The notes below the pieces were generated by a model that was not told the origin of the DNA, did no database searches, and saw only the letters and a list, made by a program, of their open reading frames with translations. The position numbers were made by a program, and so were the translations under genes. Shown here in pieces: positions 41,580 through 51,418 of a stretch of 64,000 nucleotides of DNA; the first letter of the stretch is position 1, and each line of letters opens with the position of its first letter. This DNA is from Gammaproteobacteria bacterium (lineage in GTDB: Bacteria > Pseudomonadota > Gammaproteobacteria > Eutrophobiales > Eutrophobiaceae): contig CBDCDS010000003.1 of NCBI GenBank assembly GCA_965215365.1, forward strand, positions 1,600,001 through 1,664,000. Reading direction: 5' to 3'.

Positions 41580-42355
41580 CACTGCTTTCGTATAATCTCC
41601 AGCAAGCAGTCATGCAGCGTCGGGTTGCCGGCAACCACATTGCTCGAACTTTTCCAAGGTTCGCCGGTATCTAGGTCACTGAGGTAGCCGCCGGCTTCCC
41701 GGATGAGCAGGGCGCCGGCGGCAATGTCCCAGAGTTCCAGGCCGTATTCCCAGAAACCATCTAGGCGTCCGGCGGCGACATAAGCCAGGTCCAGTGCCGC
41801 CGCGCCGGGGCGTCTGATGCCGGCGGTCACCTGGGTCAATTCCTTGAAGATGCCAATGTAGTGGTCCATTTTATCTAGGCTCCGAAAGGGAAAGCCGGTG
41901 CCGATGAGCGCGCCGTCCAGGGTGTCTCTGCGAGTCACACGAATGCGGCGACCGTCTAGGTGCGCGCCGTCACCCCGGCTGGCGGTGAACAGCTCCTGGC
42001 GCAACGGGTCGTAAACAATGCCCTGATCGAGCACGCCTTTGTGTTCCAGTGCCAGCGACACCGCAAACTGCGGAAAGCCGTGCAGATAATTCGTGGTGCC
42101 GTCCAGCGGGTCGATGATCCAGCGATACTCGCTGTCCCCCTGCGCGCCGCTCTCTTCGGCTAAAATGGCGTGGCTGGGATAGGCCTTGTGCAGCACCTCG
42201 ATGATGATAGCCTCGGCGCGCCGGTCCACCTCACTGACAAAGTCATTGCGGCTCTTCGTGATAACCTCAATGCCGTGCATGCGTTCCATGCAACGGACGA
42301 TATAATCACCGGCGGCACGTACCGCGCGGATACCCATGTTCAACATCGGGTGCAT
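41576..42355 (-). CDS. suhB: Inositol-1-monophosphatase
   Basis: MHPMLN, WIIDPLDGTTNY, GIRRPGAAALDL, WDIAAG. Confidence 0.95.
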   Translation of the reverse strand: MHPMLNMGIRAVRAAGDYIVRCMERMHGIEVITKSRNDFVSEVDRRAEAIIIEVLHKAYPSHAILAEESGAQGDSEYRWIIDPLDGTTNYLHGFPQFAVSLALEHKGVLDQGIVYDPLRQELFTASRGDGAHLDGRRIRVTRRDTLDGALIGTGFPFRSLDKMDHYIGIFKELTQVTAGIRRPGAAALDLAYVAAGRLDGFWEYGLELWDIAAGALLIREAGGYLSDLDTGEPWKSSSNVVAGNPTLHDCLLEIIRKQC

Positions 42356-42409
42356 AGTTTGCTCCAGTAATTAGGAAGGGGCCATTGTAACGGGTTTACA
42401 ATAACGCTG

Positions 42410-43219
42410 ATGATAAAGATCGTTCTGGTAGATACCACCCACCCCGGCAATATCGGCGCCGCCGCCAGGGCCATGAAGACCATGGGCCTGGAGCGCCTGG
42501 CGCTGGTATCCCCGCAACGTTTTCCCAGTGCCGAGTGCACAGCCCGGGCCGCGGGCGCAGACGACCTTTTGGCCCGGGCCGAAGTGTTCTCCAGCCTAGA
42601 AGACGCAGTGGCAGACTGCGCGCTGGTATTCGGCGCCAGTGCCCGCACCCGCAGCATCGCTTGGCCGGAAGTGACGCCGGCCACCGCCGCCGCACAGATA
42701 CTTGACCACGTTGGCAACGGCGGCGGCGCAGCCATCCTGTTCGGGCGTGAGAGCTCCGGCTTGTCCAACGAGCAACTGCAAGTCTGTCATGCCATGATCC
42801 GCATACCGACTAACGCCGACTTTGCGTCGTTGAATATTGCCGCGGCGGTGCAGATCATCTGTTATGAAATCAACAAGCAACGTCTGGCCCGAACCGCTGC
42901 GGCCAAGCACGGCTTGGCAGGCGTTCCCGTCGCGGCCGGGCTACGATCCGCAGCGCCGGACACGGACGTTAATTCACCCATCGGTGATGATGATACCGCA
43001 CCTCCGGTAACGACCCAAGACATGGAGTACCTGTATCAACATCTCGAACAAACCCTGGCCCGGGTGGGTTACCTCAACCGTAAAAAACCCCGCCACCTGA
43101 TGCGTCGCCTGCGCCGCCTGTTCAACCGCGCCCGGCTGGACAGCAACGAATATAACATCCTGCGCGGAATCCTGACGGCAATCGGGAACCGCGCAGGTCA
43201 GGCCCAAAATGACGAATAG
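42410..43219 (+). CDS. trmJ: tRNA (C32/U32)-2'-O-methyltransferase
   Basis: HPGNIGAAARAMKTMG, FGRESSGL, SLNIAAAVQ, EYNILRGIL; divergent from suhB. Confidence 0.93.
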   Translation: MIKIVLVDTTHPGNIGAAARAMKTMGLERLALVSPQRFPSAECTARAAGADDLLARAEVFSSLEDAVADCALVFGASARTRSIAWPEVTPATAAAQILDHVGNGGGAAILFGRESSGLSNEQLQVCHAMIRIPTNADFASLNIAAAVQIICYEINKQRLARTAAAKHGLAGVPVAAGLRSAAPDTDVNSPIGDDDTAPPVTTQDMEYLYQHLEQTLARVGYLNRKKPRHLMRRLRRLFNRARLDSNEYNILRGILTAIGNRAGQAQNDE

Positions 43220-43227
43220 CTGCCGCC

Positions 43228-46200
43228 CTATGCGGCTTCCCGTCTGTGTCGGGCGGGTGGCAGGGACAGCAGGCGCCGCAGATCGTCAGCGATGATGACG
43301 TTGACCGGGATCATGATGAGCGTGATGAGGGTTGCGAACAGGATGCCGAAGGCCAGCGAGATACCCATGGGGATCAGGAACTGCGCCTGTACCGACTTCT
43401 CGAACAGCAACGGCAACAGGCCGAAGAAGGTAGTCAGTGAGGTCAGCAGCACCGCCCGGAAGCGCGCCACGCCGGCGTTCAGTACCGCGTCCAGCGTGGT
43501 CTTGCCCTGAGCCTTCTGCTGGTTGATAAAATCCACCAGCACCAGGCTGTCGTTTACGACCACGCCGGTCAGCGCCATCAGGCCCAGCAGGCTCGGAAAG
43601 GTCAGGTCGCGCCCCATGAGCCAGTGCCCCCACACCGCGCCGATGATGCCGAAGGGAATGACCGACATGACGATCAGGGGTTGAATATATGATTTTAACG
43701 GCAGCGCCAGCAACAGGTAAATCGCAAACAGCACGGCGAGCATCCCCCATTGCAGGCTCGCAAAGGAGCGGCGCTGTTCCCGGGCCTCGCCTTCTAGGGT
43801 GTAGGTGACACCGGGATAGTTCCGTAGCAGTGTTTGCAGGTAGGCATCAAGGTCGGCCTTCAATATCGTCATGTTAGTCTCTTCCTTATCGACATCGGCG
43901 GTGACATTCATGGTGCGGTAGCGATTGATGCGCTTGATGGCGGACGGACCCTTGCCCGGCGTCAGGGTGGCCACGTGAGCCAGGGGCACCCGCCGGCCCT
44001 CCGGGGTGGTGAGCAGATACTCATCCAGGGTGGACGTGACGCTGCGTTCCTCCCTGGGCAGGCGCACGATGACGCGGATATCATCGCGCCCGCGCTGAAT
44101 GCGTTGCGCCTCAAACCCGCGAAAGGCCTGGCTGACCTGGCTGGCAATGGCGGCCCGGGTCAGCCCCAGCACGTGGCCCTGCGGGGTCAGTTCGATCCGT
44201 ATTTCCTCTTTGCCGTCAGACAGGCTGTCGGCGATATCGAACACGGTGGGGTAGGTGGCCAGACGCTGTTTGACCTGCTCGCCGAGCGCTGCCAGTGCCT
44301 CCAGCGAGTGGCCGCTGAACTGGATGTTGAGCGGGTCGCCGGTGCGGATCAGCTCGGCGCGATAGGTCAGAGACTCGGCCCCTGGGATGACACCGACTGC
44401 GCGCCGCCATTCCCGTAGCAGAGCATTGGTGCTCACGTCAGTCCGGCGCTCGTCGGAAGGCACCGTCTCGATCATGACCTGACCGCGATGACCGTCGTTT
44501 CCGTCAGCGCCGCCGCCCGTCCCTATACCGGCTGCGCCGGTGGTGGAGAGGATATTGCGTATCAGTGGTTCCCCGCTGTCGCCGTTGGTGTATTTCCGCT
44601 GCAGCTCAAAGGCTACCCCGGTAATACGCTGCATGTGCCGGTCGGTGACCTCGAACGGGGTGCCGGCCGGCATAGTCAGGGTTACCACGGCCGTGTCCGC
44701 CTCAATACGGGGAAAAAAAACGAATTTGGCCCAGCCGCTCAGCACCAGCGCCAGCGTGATCAGCAAGACGCCCAGGAAAGCGGCGCTGACCGAGTAACGG
44801 TGCGCCAGGGCGAAACGTAACAGCGGCCGGTAATAGTTCAGTATGCAGCGTTCAAAGCCGTCGGCAAAGCGTTGCTGAAAGCCGCTAAAACCGGTTGGCG
44901 TGGCAGCGCTGTTGCGTACCCTGACGTTTTTCAGGTGCGCCGGCAATACTAATTTCGATTCGATCAGGGAAAACAGCAGGCATGGAATGACCACGGCCGG
45001 TATCGCGCCTAGGAAATCACCCATGCGCCCCTCCACAAAAGCCAGCGGGCTGAAGGCGGCGATGGTGGTGAGGATACCGAACGTGACCGGCACGGCTACC
45101 TGTCTGGTGCCCTGTATGGAAGCAACCAGCGGGTCCTCGCCACGGCGCAGGCGCGCATAGATGTTCTCGCCGGTAACGATGGCATCGTCCACCACAATGC
45201 CAAGTACGATGATGAACCCGAACAGGCTGATCATGTTGATGGTGACGCCACTGAGCGGCATGATGATCAACGCGCCCAGAAAGCTGGCTGGAATACCGAT
45301 GAAGACCCAAAGCGCCACCGCCGGTCTCAGGAACATTGCCAACAGCAGGATCACCAGCATGCCACCCTGTACGCCGTTCTGCAACAAGGTGCCAAGACGC
45401 GCTTTCAGGTACAGGGAGCGGTCGTTCCAGTAGCCCAGGGTAATGCCCGCCGGCAGGGTTGCCTGTCTCCCGGCAATATACTGCCTGACCTTGTCGGCAA
45501 TATCCATGACATCCTGATTGCCGATCCGGTAAACCTGGACCACGGCCGCAAACTCACCGTTAAAACCGGCTTTCAACAGCACTTCCTGAAAACCGTCGTT
45601 GACCGTAGCGACATCGGCCACGCGCAGGATGCTGCCGTCCGGGTTGGTTTTCACAACAATGTCTTCAAACTCTGCACGCCGGTAGGCCTGACCCTTGGCA
45701 CGGATAAGCACATCGCCGCCATCGGTGCGCACATTGCCGGCGGAAACATCCAGTGAACTGCGTTGTATCGCGTAGGCAATATCTGCCAGACTCAGTTGGA
45801 ATTCACGCAAACGATCCTGGGATGCCTCAATGCTGATTTCGTAGTTTCTCACCGCATCCAGCGAAACCTGGGTAATACCGTCGAGGCGCAACAGTTCATC
45901 ACGCACCTGTTCGGCAAAACTGCGGATTTCCTGTTCCTGATAGGCGCCGGCAACCACCACCGAAATGACCGAGCGGGTGCGTTGCGCAAGGCTGACTACC
46001 GGTTTCTCGGTATCGGCGGGGAAGGTATTGATGGCATCGACCCGGTTCTTTATATCGTTGAGCAACGCGCGCGGGTCATAGTCCGAATCCACCTCAATGC
46101 TGACAGAGGTGCGGCCTTCAACCGAACGACTGACAATCTCGTCAATGCCTTCCAGGTCTTGCACCGCTTCCTCAATACGGATAGCGACGCCCAGTTCCAG

Positions 46201-46371
46201 GTCTTCCGGGGTGGCGCCGCGCAACGGCACCGACACGGTGATGACATCCGGCTCGGTTTCCGGAAACATGTCCAGCAGCAGCGAGGTGTTGAGCGAATAA
46301 AGGCCGGCGACAATAATGCTTAACAGCAACAGGTTGGCGGCCACGTGATTTCTGGCAAACCAGTCGATCAT
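43228..46371 (-). CDS. RND efflux permease (AcrB/AcrD/AcrF family)
   Basis: NHVAANLL, GIVVDDAIVTGENI, GVVVNDSLVL, RFRAVLLTSLTT. Confidence 0.93.
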   Translation of the reverse strand: MIDWFARNHVAANLLLLSIIVAGLYSLNTSLLLDMFPETEPDVITVSVPLRGATPEDLELGVAIRIEEAVQDLEGIDEIVSRSVEGRTSVSIEVDSDYDPRALLNDIKNRVDAINTFPADTEKPVVSLAQRTRSVISVVVAGAYQEQEIRSFAEQVRDELLRLDGITQVSLDAVRNYEISIEASQDRLREFQLSLADIAYAIQRSSLDVSAGNVRTDGGDVLIRAKGQAYRRAEFEDIVVKTNPDGSILRVADVATVNDGFQEVLLKAGFNGEFAAVVQVYRIGNQDVMDIADKVRQYIAGRQATLPAGITLGYWNDRSLYLKARLGTLLQNGVQGGMLVILLLAMFLRPAVALWVFIGIPASFLGALIIMPLSGVTINMISLFGFIIVLGIVVDDAIVTGENIYARLRRGEDPLVASIQGTRQVAVPVTFGILTTIAAFSPLAFVEGRMGDFLGAIPAVVIPCLLFSLIESKLVLPAHLKNVRVRNSAATPTGFSGFQQRFADGFERCILNYYRPLLRFALAHRYSVSAAFLGVLLITLALVLSGWAKFVFFPRIEADTAVVTLTMPAGTPFEVTDRHMQRITGVAFELQRKYTNGDSGEPLIRNILSTTGAAGIGTGGGADGNDGHRGQVMIETVPSDERRTDVSTNALLREWRRAVGVIPGAESLTYRAELIRTGDPLNIQFSGHSLEALAALGEQVKQRLATYPTVFDIADSLSDGKEEIRIELTPQGHVLGLTRAAIASQVSQAFRGFEAQRIQRGRDDIRVIVRLPREERSVTSTLDEYLLTTPEGRRVPLAHVATLTPGKGPSAIKRINRYRTMNVTADVDKEETNMTILKADLDAYLQTLLRNYPGVTYTLEGEAREQRRSFASLQWGMLAVLFAIYLLLALPLKSYIQPLIVMSVIPFGIIGAVWGHWLMGRDLTFPSLLGLMALTGVVVNDSLVLVDFINQQKAQGKTTLDAVLNAGVARFRAVLLTSLTTFFGLLPLLFEKSVQAQFLIPMGISLAFGILFATLITLIMIPVNVIIADDLRRLLSLPPARHRREAA

Positions 46372-46381
46372 GTTTGCTCGT

Positions 46382-47590
46382 TCACGTGTTGGTATTGCGA
46401 CCTTGCGTATCAGGGGGCAGGGTACGCGCAGCTCGGGCCGGCTGCTTTGAAACCGTCACGCGTACTCCAGAGGTGACCTGACCCAACGGCGTCAACACCA
46501 GCAGTTCGCCCGGCTCAAGACCGCTTGCGATCAGCGCCTCGGTCTGGTTCTGCCAGGCGACCTTAATGTCGCGTCGCTGTAAGATCCCGTCTGCCACGGT
46601 GTAAACGTAACCGCCCTGGTAAATCGCGCCGGTTGGGATGAGCAGGGCCTCGGGCAACAGTGTACCCTCCACTTCGGCGGTGACGTACTGGCCTATCTTC
46701 AGCGGCGCCTGGGCGCGCGCATCAATGCCAAAGGGGTCATCTATCTGCGCCACCACATGCAGTTGCCGGGCGCGCTCGTCAATGGCACCCTCGGTACGCA
46801 CCACCCGGCCCGGCCAGCTTGAGCCGTCGCCTAGCTCGGAACGGACTGTCACGCGCGGGCCGGAGGGCGCCGCCCCGGTATCAAACCGGTAGTTCTCGGG
46901 CAGGTCGATAAAAGACAGGTCGCGATTGCGTAGCGGCAGGCGCACTTCCACGTAATCCACCGCGTAAATCTCTGCCAGTGATGAGCTTCTGCTCACCACC
47001 TGTCCCTGGTCCACCAGTTGGCGCAGCACCCGCCCTGCATAGGGCGCCACCACGCGGGTGCGTTCCAGTTCCAGACGCGCCTTGTCCAGCGCAGACTGCG
47101 CCGACGCCACCTGCGCCCGGGCTGCGGCCAGTTGCGGCTGACGCAGCACCAGGGCTGGCGCCGGTCCCCGGTTGCCCAGCCGCTGCCAGTCTTCCCGCGC
47201 CTGTGCGCCCCGGGCCTGTTCCTGGAGCAGCGCCTGCTGTGCGTCCAGCAGCGAGCTCTCGGCAATTTTGACATTGGCCAGATACTCGCGCCGGTCGATG
47301 TTGAGCAACACCTCGCCCTGCTCGAAAAAGCCGCCGGTTCTCAGACTGTCGTTGATGGAGGTAATCTCGCCGAAAACCTGCGCCACCAGCATACTGCGGG
47401 TACGCGGTTGTACGGTGCCGAAACTTTGCAGGGTTACGCGGTACGGCCGCCGTTCCAGCTCCAGTACAGCCACGCGTAGTTGCGGCCCCGCCGGCGCCTG
47501 GTCGCGCTCTGCTTGGGGCGGGTTGTGCAGGATCAGGTAAGCCAGACCGGCCAGCACGGCCAGAATAATGATGGGGGCCAGTTTTCTCAT
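46382..47590 (-). CDS. RND efflux periplasmic adaptor (membrane fusion protein)
   Basis: N-terminal anchor; lipoyl and hairpin motifs (LVLRQPQL, RTRVVAPYAG). Confidence 0.9.
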   Translation of the reverse strand: MRKLAPIIILAVLAGLAYLILHNPPQAERDQAPAGPQLRVAVLELERRPYRVTLQSFGTVQPRTRSMLVAQVFGEITSINDSLRTGGFFEQGEVLLNIDRREYLANVKIAESSLLDAQQALLQEQARGAQAREDWQRLGNRGPAPALVLRQPQLAAARAQVASAQSALDKARLELERTRVVAPYAGRVLRQLVDQGQVVSRSSSLAEIYAVDYVEVRLPLRNRDLSFIDLPENYRFDTGAAPSGPRVTVRSELGDGSSWPGRVVRTEGAIDERARQLHVVAQIDDPFGIDARAQAPLKIGQYVTAEVEGTLLPEALLIPTGAIYQGGYVYTVADGILQRRDIKVAWQNQTEALIASGLEPGELLVLTPLGQVTSGVRVTVSKQPARAARTLPPDTQGRNTNT

Positions 47591-47600
47591 TGTTGCCTTA

Positions 47601-47658
47601 ACCCGCAGACAGAACCAATCCGACGCGATCTTCGCATCACCTGGTGAGATATGCGGGT
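47601..47658. repeat. 58-bp deletion derivative of MITE family B
   Basis: Reverse complement matches 39002-39059; flanked by TA on both sides. Confidence 0.85.
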
Positions 47659-49004
47659 TAACCAAAGTCGCCACCGAGAGCCAGATACAGGGCAACGCGG
47701 TTCTGCAACAGCTGGTTGCGCAGTTCGATCACCCCCGATTGTATATCAAAAGCCCGGCGCTGCGCTTCCAGCGCCGTAGTATAAGGGACCAGGCCGCGCT
47801 GGTACTGTGCAAACGCCAGGGTCAGCGCCGCCACGGCATTTTTTTCTGCAGCCAGGGTCACCTGGTAGCGGGTTTGTAGCGCGCGCCCGCGGCTGAGAGC
47901 GTTTTCCACTTCGGAGAAGGCCTGGTACAGATTTTCCAGGTATTGATTCTCGGCTTGTGTCAGGCGCGCCCGGGCCTGTTGTTCCTGCGCTTTCAGGCGG
48001 CCGGCGTTGAACAACGGCTGAGTCAGGTTGCCGAGTATCGACCAGGCCAGCGGGGTGCCGTTCAGCAGGCTGTCCAGATCTTGCGAAACATCGCCGCCGG
48101 ACGTCGCCAGAACCAGACGCGGGAAGCGTTGCTTGTGTGCGATCGCCACCGCCGCGTCCTGTGCCAACAGGTTGGCCCAGGCCTGCTGCAAGTCCGGGCG
48201 GCGGCTGATGAGTTCCGACGGCAGGCCGGCGGGGACCGGCGTTGCAATAATCGGCAGCGTTGTGCCGGTTGTCATGTTCACCTCCGGGTTCCCGTCCGGG
48301 TAGGCGCCCAGCAGCAATTGCAGCGCCACCTGATGTTCCGATAATGTCTGCTCCTGGGCGGCGATACGGGCGCGCTCCTGGTCAGTATTGGCGCGGGCCA
48401 GATAAACGTCTAGGGCGCCGGTCAAGCCCTGATTGTAGGCGCTTTCGATAATATCCAGGTCTTCTTCCAGGTTCGTCAGGCGTTCGCGCAGCAAGGCCAG
48501 CAACTCCCCGGCGCCGATTATGTTGAACCAGCCCCGCGCCACCTTGCCGGCCACCTGGCACCGGGCCGCCTGATAACGCGCCTGCGCGGCCAGCAGGCTC
48601 AGACCGGCCTGCCGCTCTGCGTCGCGCAGCCTGCCCCAGGCATCAATTTCCCAAGACAGGTCGGCGCCGATCTCAAAGTTGCTGGCGGTGCGCGTGATGC
48701 CGAACTGGTTGCTGATGACACGCCGGCGCGAGGAATCAAACGTCAGGTTCAGTTGCGGCCAGCGCGCCGCGCCGCTGACGCCGACCGCCTGCCGCGCCGC
48801 GGCAACCTCCGCAGCCAGTTGCGCCAACTGGTAATTCTGCGCCATGGCAGTGGTCACCAGTTCGTCAAGCCGGGTGCTACCCAGTTCAACCAGCCAGCCG
48901 TCCTGAACCGCGCCATACTCAGCCACCCCGCGCCAGCTTTCCGGCAAGTCCCGCTCCCGCACTTCGGGCGAGACGGCAGAGCCCGCGCACCCGGCTAGGA
49001 ACAA
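47658..49004 (-). CDS. Outer membrane efflux lipoprotein (TolC/NodT family); true start uncertain
   Basis: Lipobox LAGC; SWEIDAWGRL, PSELISRRPD, QPLFNAGRL, LYLALGG. Confidence 0.88.
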   Translation of the reverse strand: MFLAGCAGSAVSPEVRERDLPESWRGVAEYGAVQDGWLVELGSTRLDELVTTAMAQNYQLAQLAAEVAAARQAVGVSGAARWPQLNLTFDSSRRRVISNQFGITRTASNFEIGADLSWEIDAWGRLRDAERQAGLSLLAAQARYQAARCQVAGKVARGWFNIIGAGELLALLRERLTNLEEDLDIIESAYNQGLTGALDVYLARANTDQERARIAAQEQTLSEHQVALQLLLGAYPDGNPEVNMTTGTTLPIIATPVPAGLPSELISRRPDLQQAWANLLAQDAAVAIAHKQRFPRLVLATSGGDVSQDLDSLLNGTPLAWSILGNLTQPLFNAGRLKAQEQQARARLTQAENQYLENLYQAFSEVENALSRGRALQTRYQVTLAAEKNAVAALTLAFAQYQRGLVPYTTALEAQRRAFDIQSGVIELRNQLLQNRVALYLALGGDFG

Positions 49005-49082
49005 GGCCGCAATGAGGGCGGATAATGGTGGAATGATAGCTGGGGTCAGAGTAAAAAAACCTTGAGGTAATGGGATTCGTTA

Positions 49083-49493
49083 CTACTCGTCGGGAATGTC
49101 GGCGCGCGGCAACTGTTGGTCGAGAACACTGGCGATATACTGGTTGTTGGCCTTCAGACTGGTCTCCACAATGACAAGGCGCTTATCAATCTTCACCACA
49201 CTTGTCTCTAGGTCTGTCATGCGTACATCCAACGCAGCAATTCGGTCGGACAGTCTTTTCTCCACTTCATTGATCCTGTCAGACAGCTTGTTCTCCACCT
49301 CATTGATCCTGTCAGACAGCTTGTTCTCCACCTCATTGATCCTGTCAGACAGCTTACTCTCCACCTCACTGATCCTGACCGATAGCCGGTTTTCCACCGC
49401 GACAATGCGGCCGGACAGGTTGGTATGGCTCCAAGTGCTGGAGCCTACAATGGCTATGATCAGCGTTATCAGGTGTATGGTCTGTTTGTCCAT
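49083..49493 (-). CDS. Hypothetical membrane-anchored coiled-coil protein with 11-aa repeats (LSDRINEVENK)
   Basis: GGGAG RBS; hydrophobic IHLITLIIAIVG then tandem hendecads. Confidence 0.75.
   Translation of the reverse strand: MDKQTIHLITLIIAIVGSSTWSHTNLSGRIVAVENRLSVRISEVESKLSDRINEVENKLSDRINEVENKLSDRINEVEKRLSDRIAALDVRMTDLETSVVKIDKRLVIVETSLKANNQYIASVLDQQLPRADIPDE
49260..49391. repeat. 33-bp tandem repeat, about 4 copies
   Basis: ctccacctcattgatcctgtcagacagcttgtt units at 49260, 49293, 49326, 49359. Confidence 0.93.
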
Positions 49494-49753
49494 TGGTACT
49501 ATCTCCCGGAAGCCGTGAGGGCCCCTTGTTTTGATCACTGAAACTGATTATAGCCTGTTGAGGGGTGGGGCTGCATGTTTTTTTTCGGAAAAATGTGAGT
49601 TTTCTCACAAAACTGCAAAGGTTTTGCTGTTCGGCTGGGCAAGGACAGGAAATTGACAGCGGCAGAGGAAAAACGATAGAATAGGCGAGGCTGGCAGGTT
49701 GTTGCATGGGTTAGCCCGTGACCTGACTTTTTCTACCTGGATTACTGGATCTG

Positions 49754-51418
49754 ATGAAGCGCACGCGCGGCGAGAAAGGCCGCATACAAGGCCGCACTAC
49801 ACCACGCAAGGCATTGGCCGAGGTGCGCGCACTGCTGGGGGAGGCGCCGCGCTCGCGCGAGCTGCTGGTGGAACACCTGCACAAGCTTCAGGACCATTAC
49901 GGACATTTGTCGCACCGCCATCTCCTGGCGTTGGCCATAGACATGGAATTGCCCATGGCCGAAGTCTATGAGACGGCCACCTTTTATCATCATTTCGACG
50001 TACTGAAAGCCAATGAGACTCCGCCGCCGGCACTGACCGTGCGTGTCTGTGAATCGCTGACCTGTGAGATGTTCGGCGCGTCCAACCTGATCAGTGCCTT
50101 GCAAGCAGAAACAGACCTGGCCCAAATCCGGATTCAGCCGGTTCCCTGCGTTGGCCGTTGCCAGGGCGCGCCGGTGGCCGTGGTGGGGACCAGCCCGGTA
50201 GAACAGGCCCAGCCGGAGACGGTTGTAACTGCCATAAAACGTGGGGAAGCCGTGTGTCCCGAACCGGATGCCACCCGTTATGCGGACTATCGTGCGCAAG
50301 GTGGCTACCAACTGTTGATCGATTGTCACAACGGCAACTACACGCCGGAGCAGGTTATTGACATACTGGAGCAAGCCGGCCTGCGCGGTTTGGGCGGCGC
50401 CGGTTTCCCGGCAGGACGGAAATGGCTTATCCTGCGCGGCCAGACGCAACCGCGGCTGCTCGCGGTGAATATTGATGAGGGTGAGCCGGGCACATTCAAA
50501 GATCGGTATTACCTGGAACGTGACCCGCACCGTTTCCTTGAAGGGGCGCTCATCGCAGCCTGGGCCATTGAGGCAGAAGCAATATACATTTACCTGCGCG
50601 ACGAATACGCCGGCTGCCGTGCGTTGTTGCAGACGGAACTGGCGGCTTTGCAACAAGACCCGCCGTGCCCGCTGCCGTCGCTCCACCTGCGCCGCGGCGC
50701 CGGCGCTTATATCTGTGGGGAAGAATCCGCCATGCTGGAATCCATAGAGGGTAAACGCGGTATGCCGCGCTTGCGCCCGCCTTATGTGGCGGAGGTGGGC
50801 CTGTTCAACCGCCCCACTCTGGAGCAGAACATGGAGACCTTGCACTGGGTAAGGGATCTGGTTGAGAAGGGCCCCGAGTGGTTTACCTCCCAGGGACGGC
50901 GCGGTCGCCAGGGGCTGCGTTCGTTCTCGGTCAGTGGCCGGGTGCAAAACCCCGGCGTGCACCTGGCGCCGGCCGGTATCAGTATCCGCGAGCTTATTGA
51001 TGAATACTGTGGCGGTATGCTGCCGGGGCACGAATTCTACGGCTACTTCCCCGGCGGCGCGTCCGGTGGGATATTGCCCGCCGCGTTGGATGACGTGCCG
51101 CTGGATTTTGACACCTTGCAGCCGCACGGCGCGTTTATCGGTTCGGCCGCAGTCATTGTGCTGTCCGATCAGGACAGCGCCCGCGCACTCGCATTGAACG
51201 CGATGCGCTTTTTTGAGCATGAATCCTGCGGCCAGTGTACACCCTGCCGGGTGGGGACGGCCAAGGCGGTGAAACTGATGGAGCAATCCGAATGGAACCA
51301 GCTGCTGCTGGAAGATCTGGCGCAAGCTATGGAGGACGCCTCCATCTGCGGACTGGGTCAGGCCGCGCCGAACCCGTTACGTTGCGCCATGAAGTATTTT
51401 CCGGGAGAGTTTTCTTAA
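49754..51418 (+). CDS. NAD-dependent formate dehydrogenase beta subunit (fused NuoE/NuoF-like)
   Basis: ATFYHHF, 2Fe-2S cysteines, GLRGLGGAGFP, DEGEPGTFKDR, GAGAYICGEES, ESCGQCTPCRVG. Confidence 0.88.
   Translation: MKRTRGEKGRIQGRTTPRKALAEVRALLGEAPRSRELLVEHLHKLQDHYGHLSHRHLLALAIDMELPMAEVYETATFYHHFDVLKANETPPPALTVRVCESLTCEMFGASNLISALQAETDLAQIRIQPVPCVGRCQGAPVAVVGTSPVEQAQPETVVTAIKRGEAVCPEPDATRYADYRAQGGYQLLIDCHNGNYTPEQVIDILEQAGLRGLGGAGFPAGRKWLILRGQTQPRLLAVNIDEGEPGTFKDRYYLERDPHRFLEGALIAAWAIEAEAIYIYLRDEYAGCRALLQTELAALQQDPPCPLPSLHLRRGAGAYICGEESAMLESIEGKRGMPRLRPPYVAEVGLFNRPTLEQNMETLHWVRDLVEKGPEWFTSQGRRGRQGLRSFSVSGRVQNPGVHLAPAGISIRELIDEYCGGMLPGHEFYGYFPGGASGGILPAALDDVPLDFDTLQPHGAFIGSAAVIVLSDQDSARALALNAMRFFEHESCGQCTPCRVGTAKAVKLMEQSEWNQLLLEDLAQAMEDASICGLGQAAPNPLRCAMKYFPGEFS

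Noticed and set aside
49742-51325. Long antisense ORFs (527 aa here; also 25129-26277, 39375-40535, 59529-60542)
   Set aside because: Shadow frames of well-conserved GC-rich genes, with no recognisable motifs.
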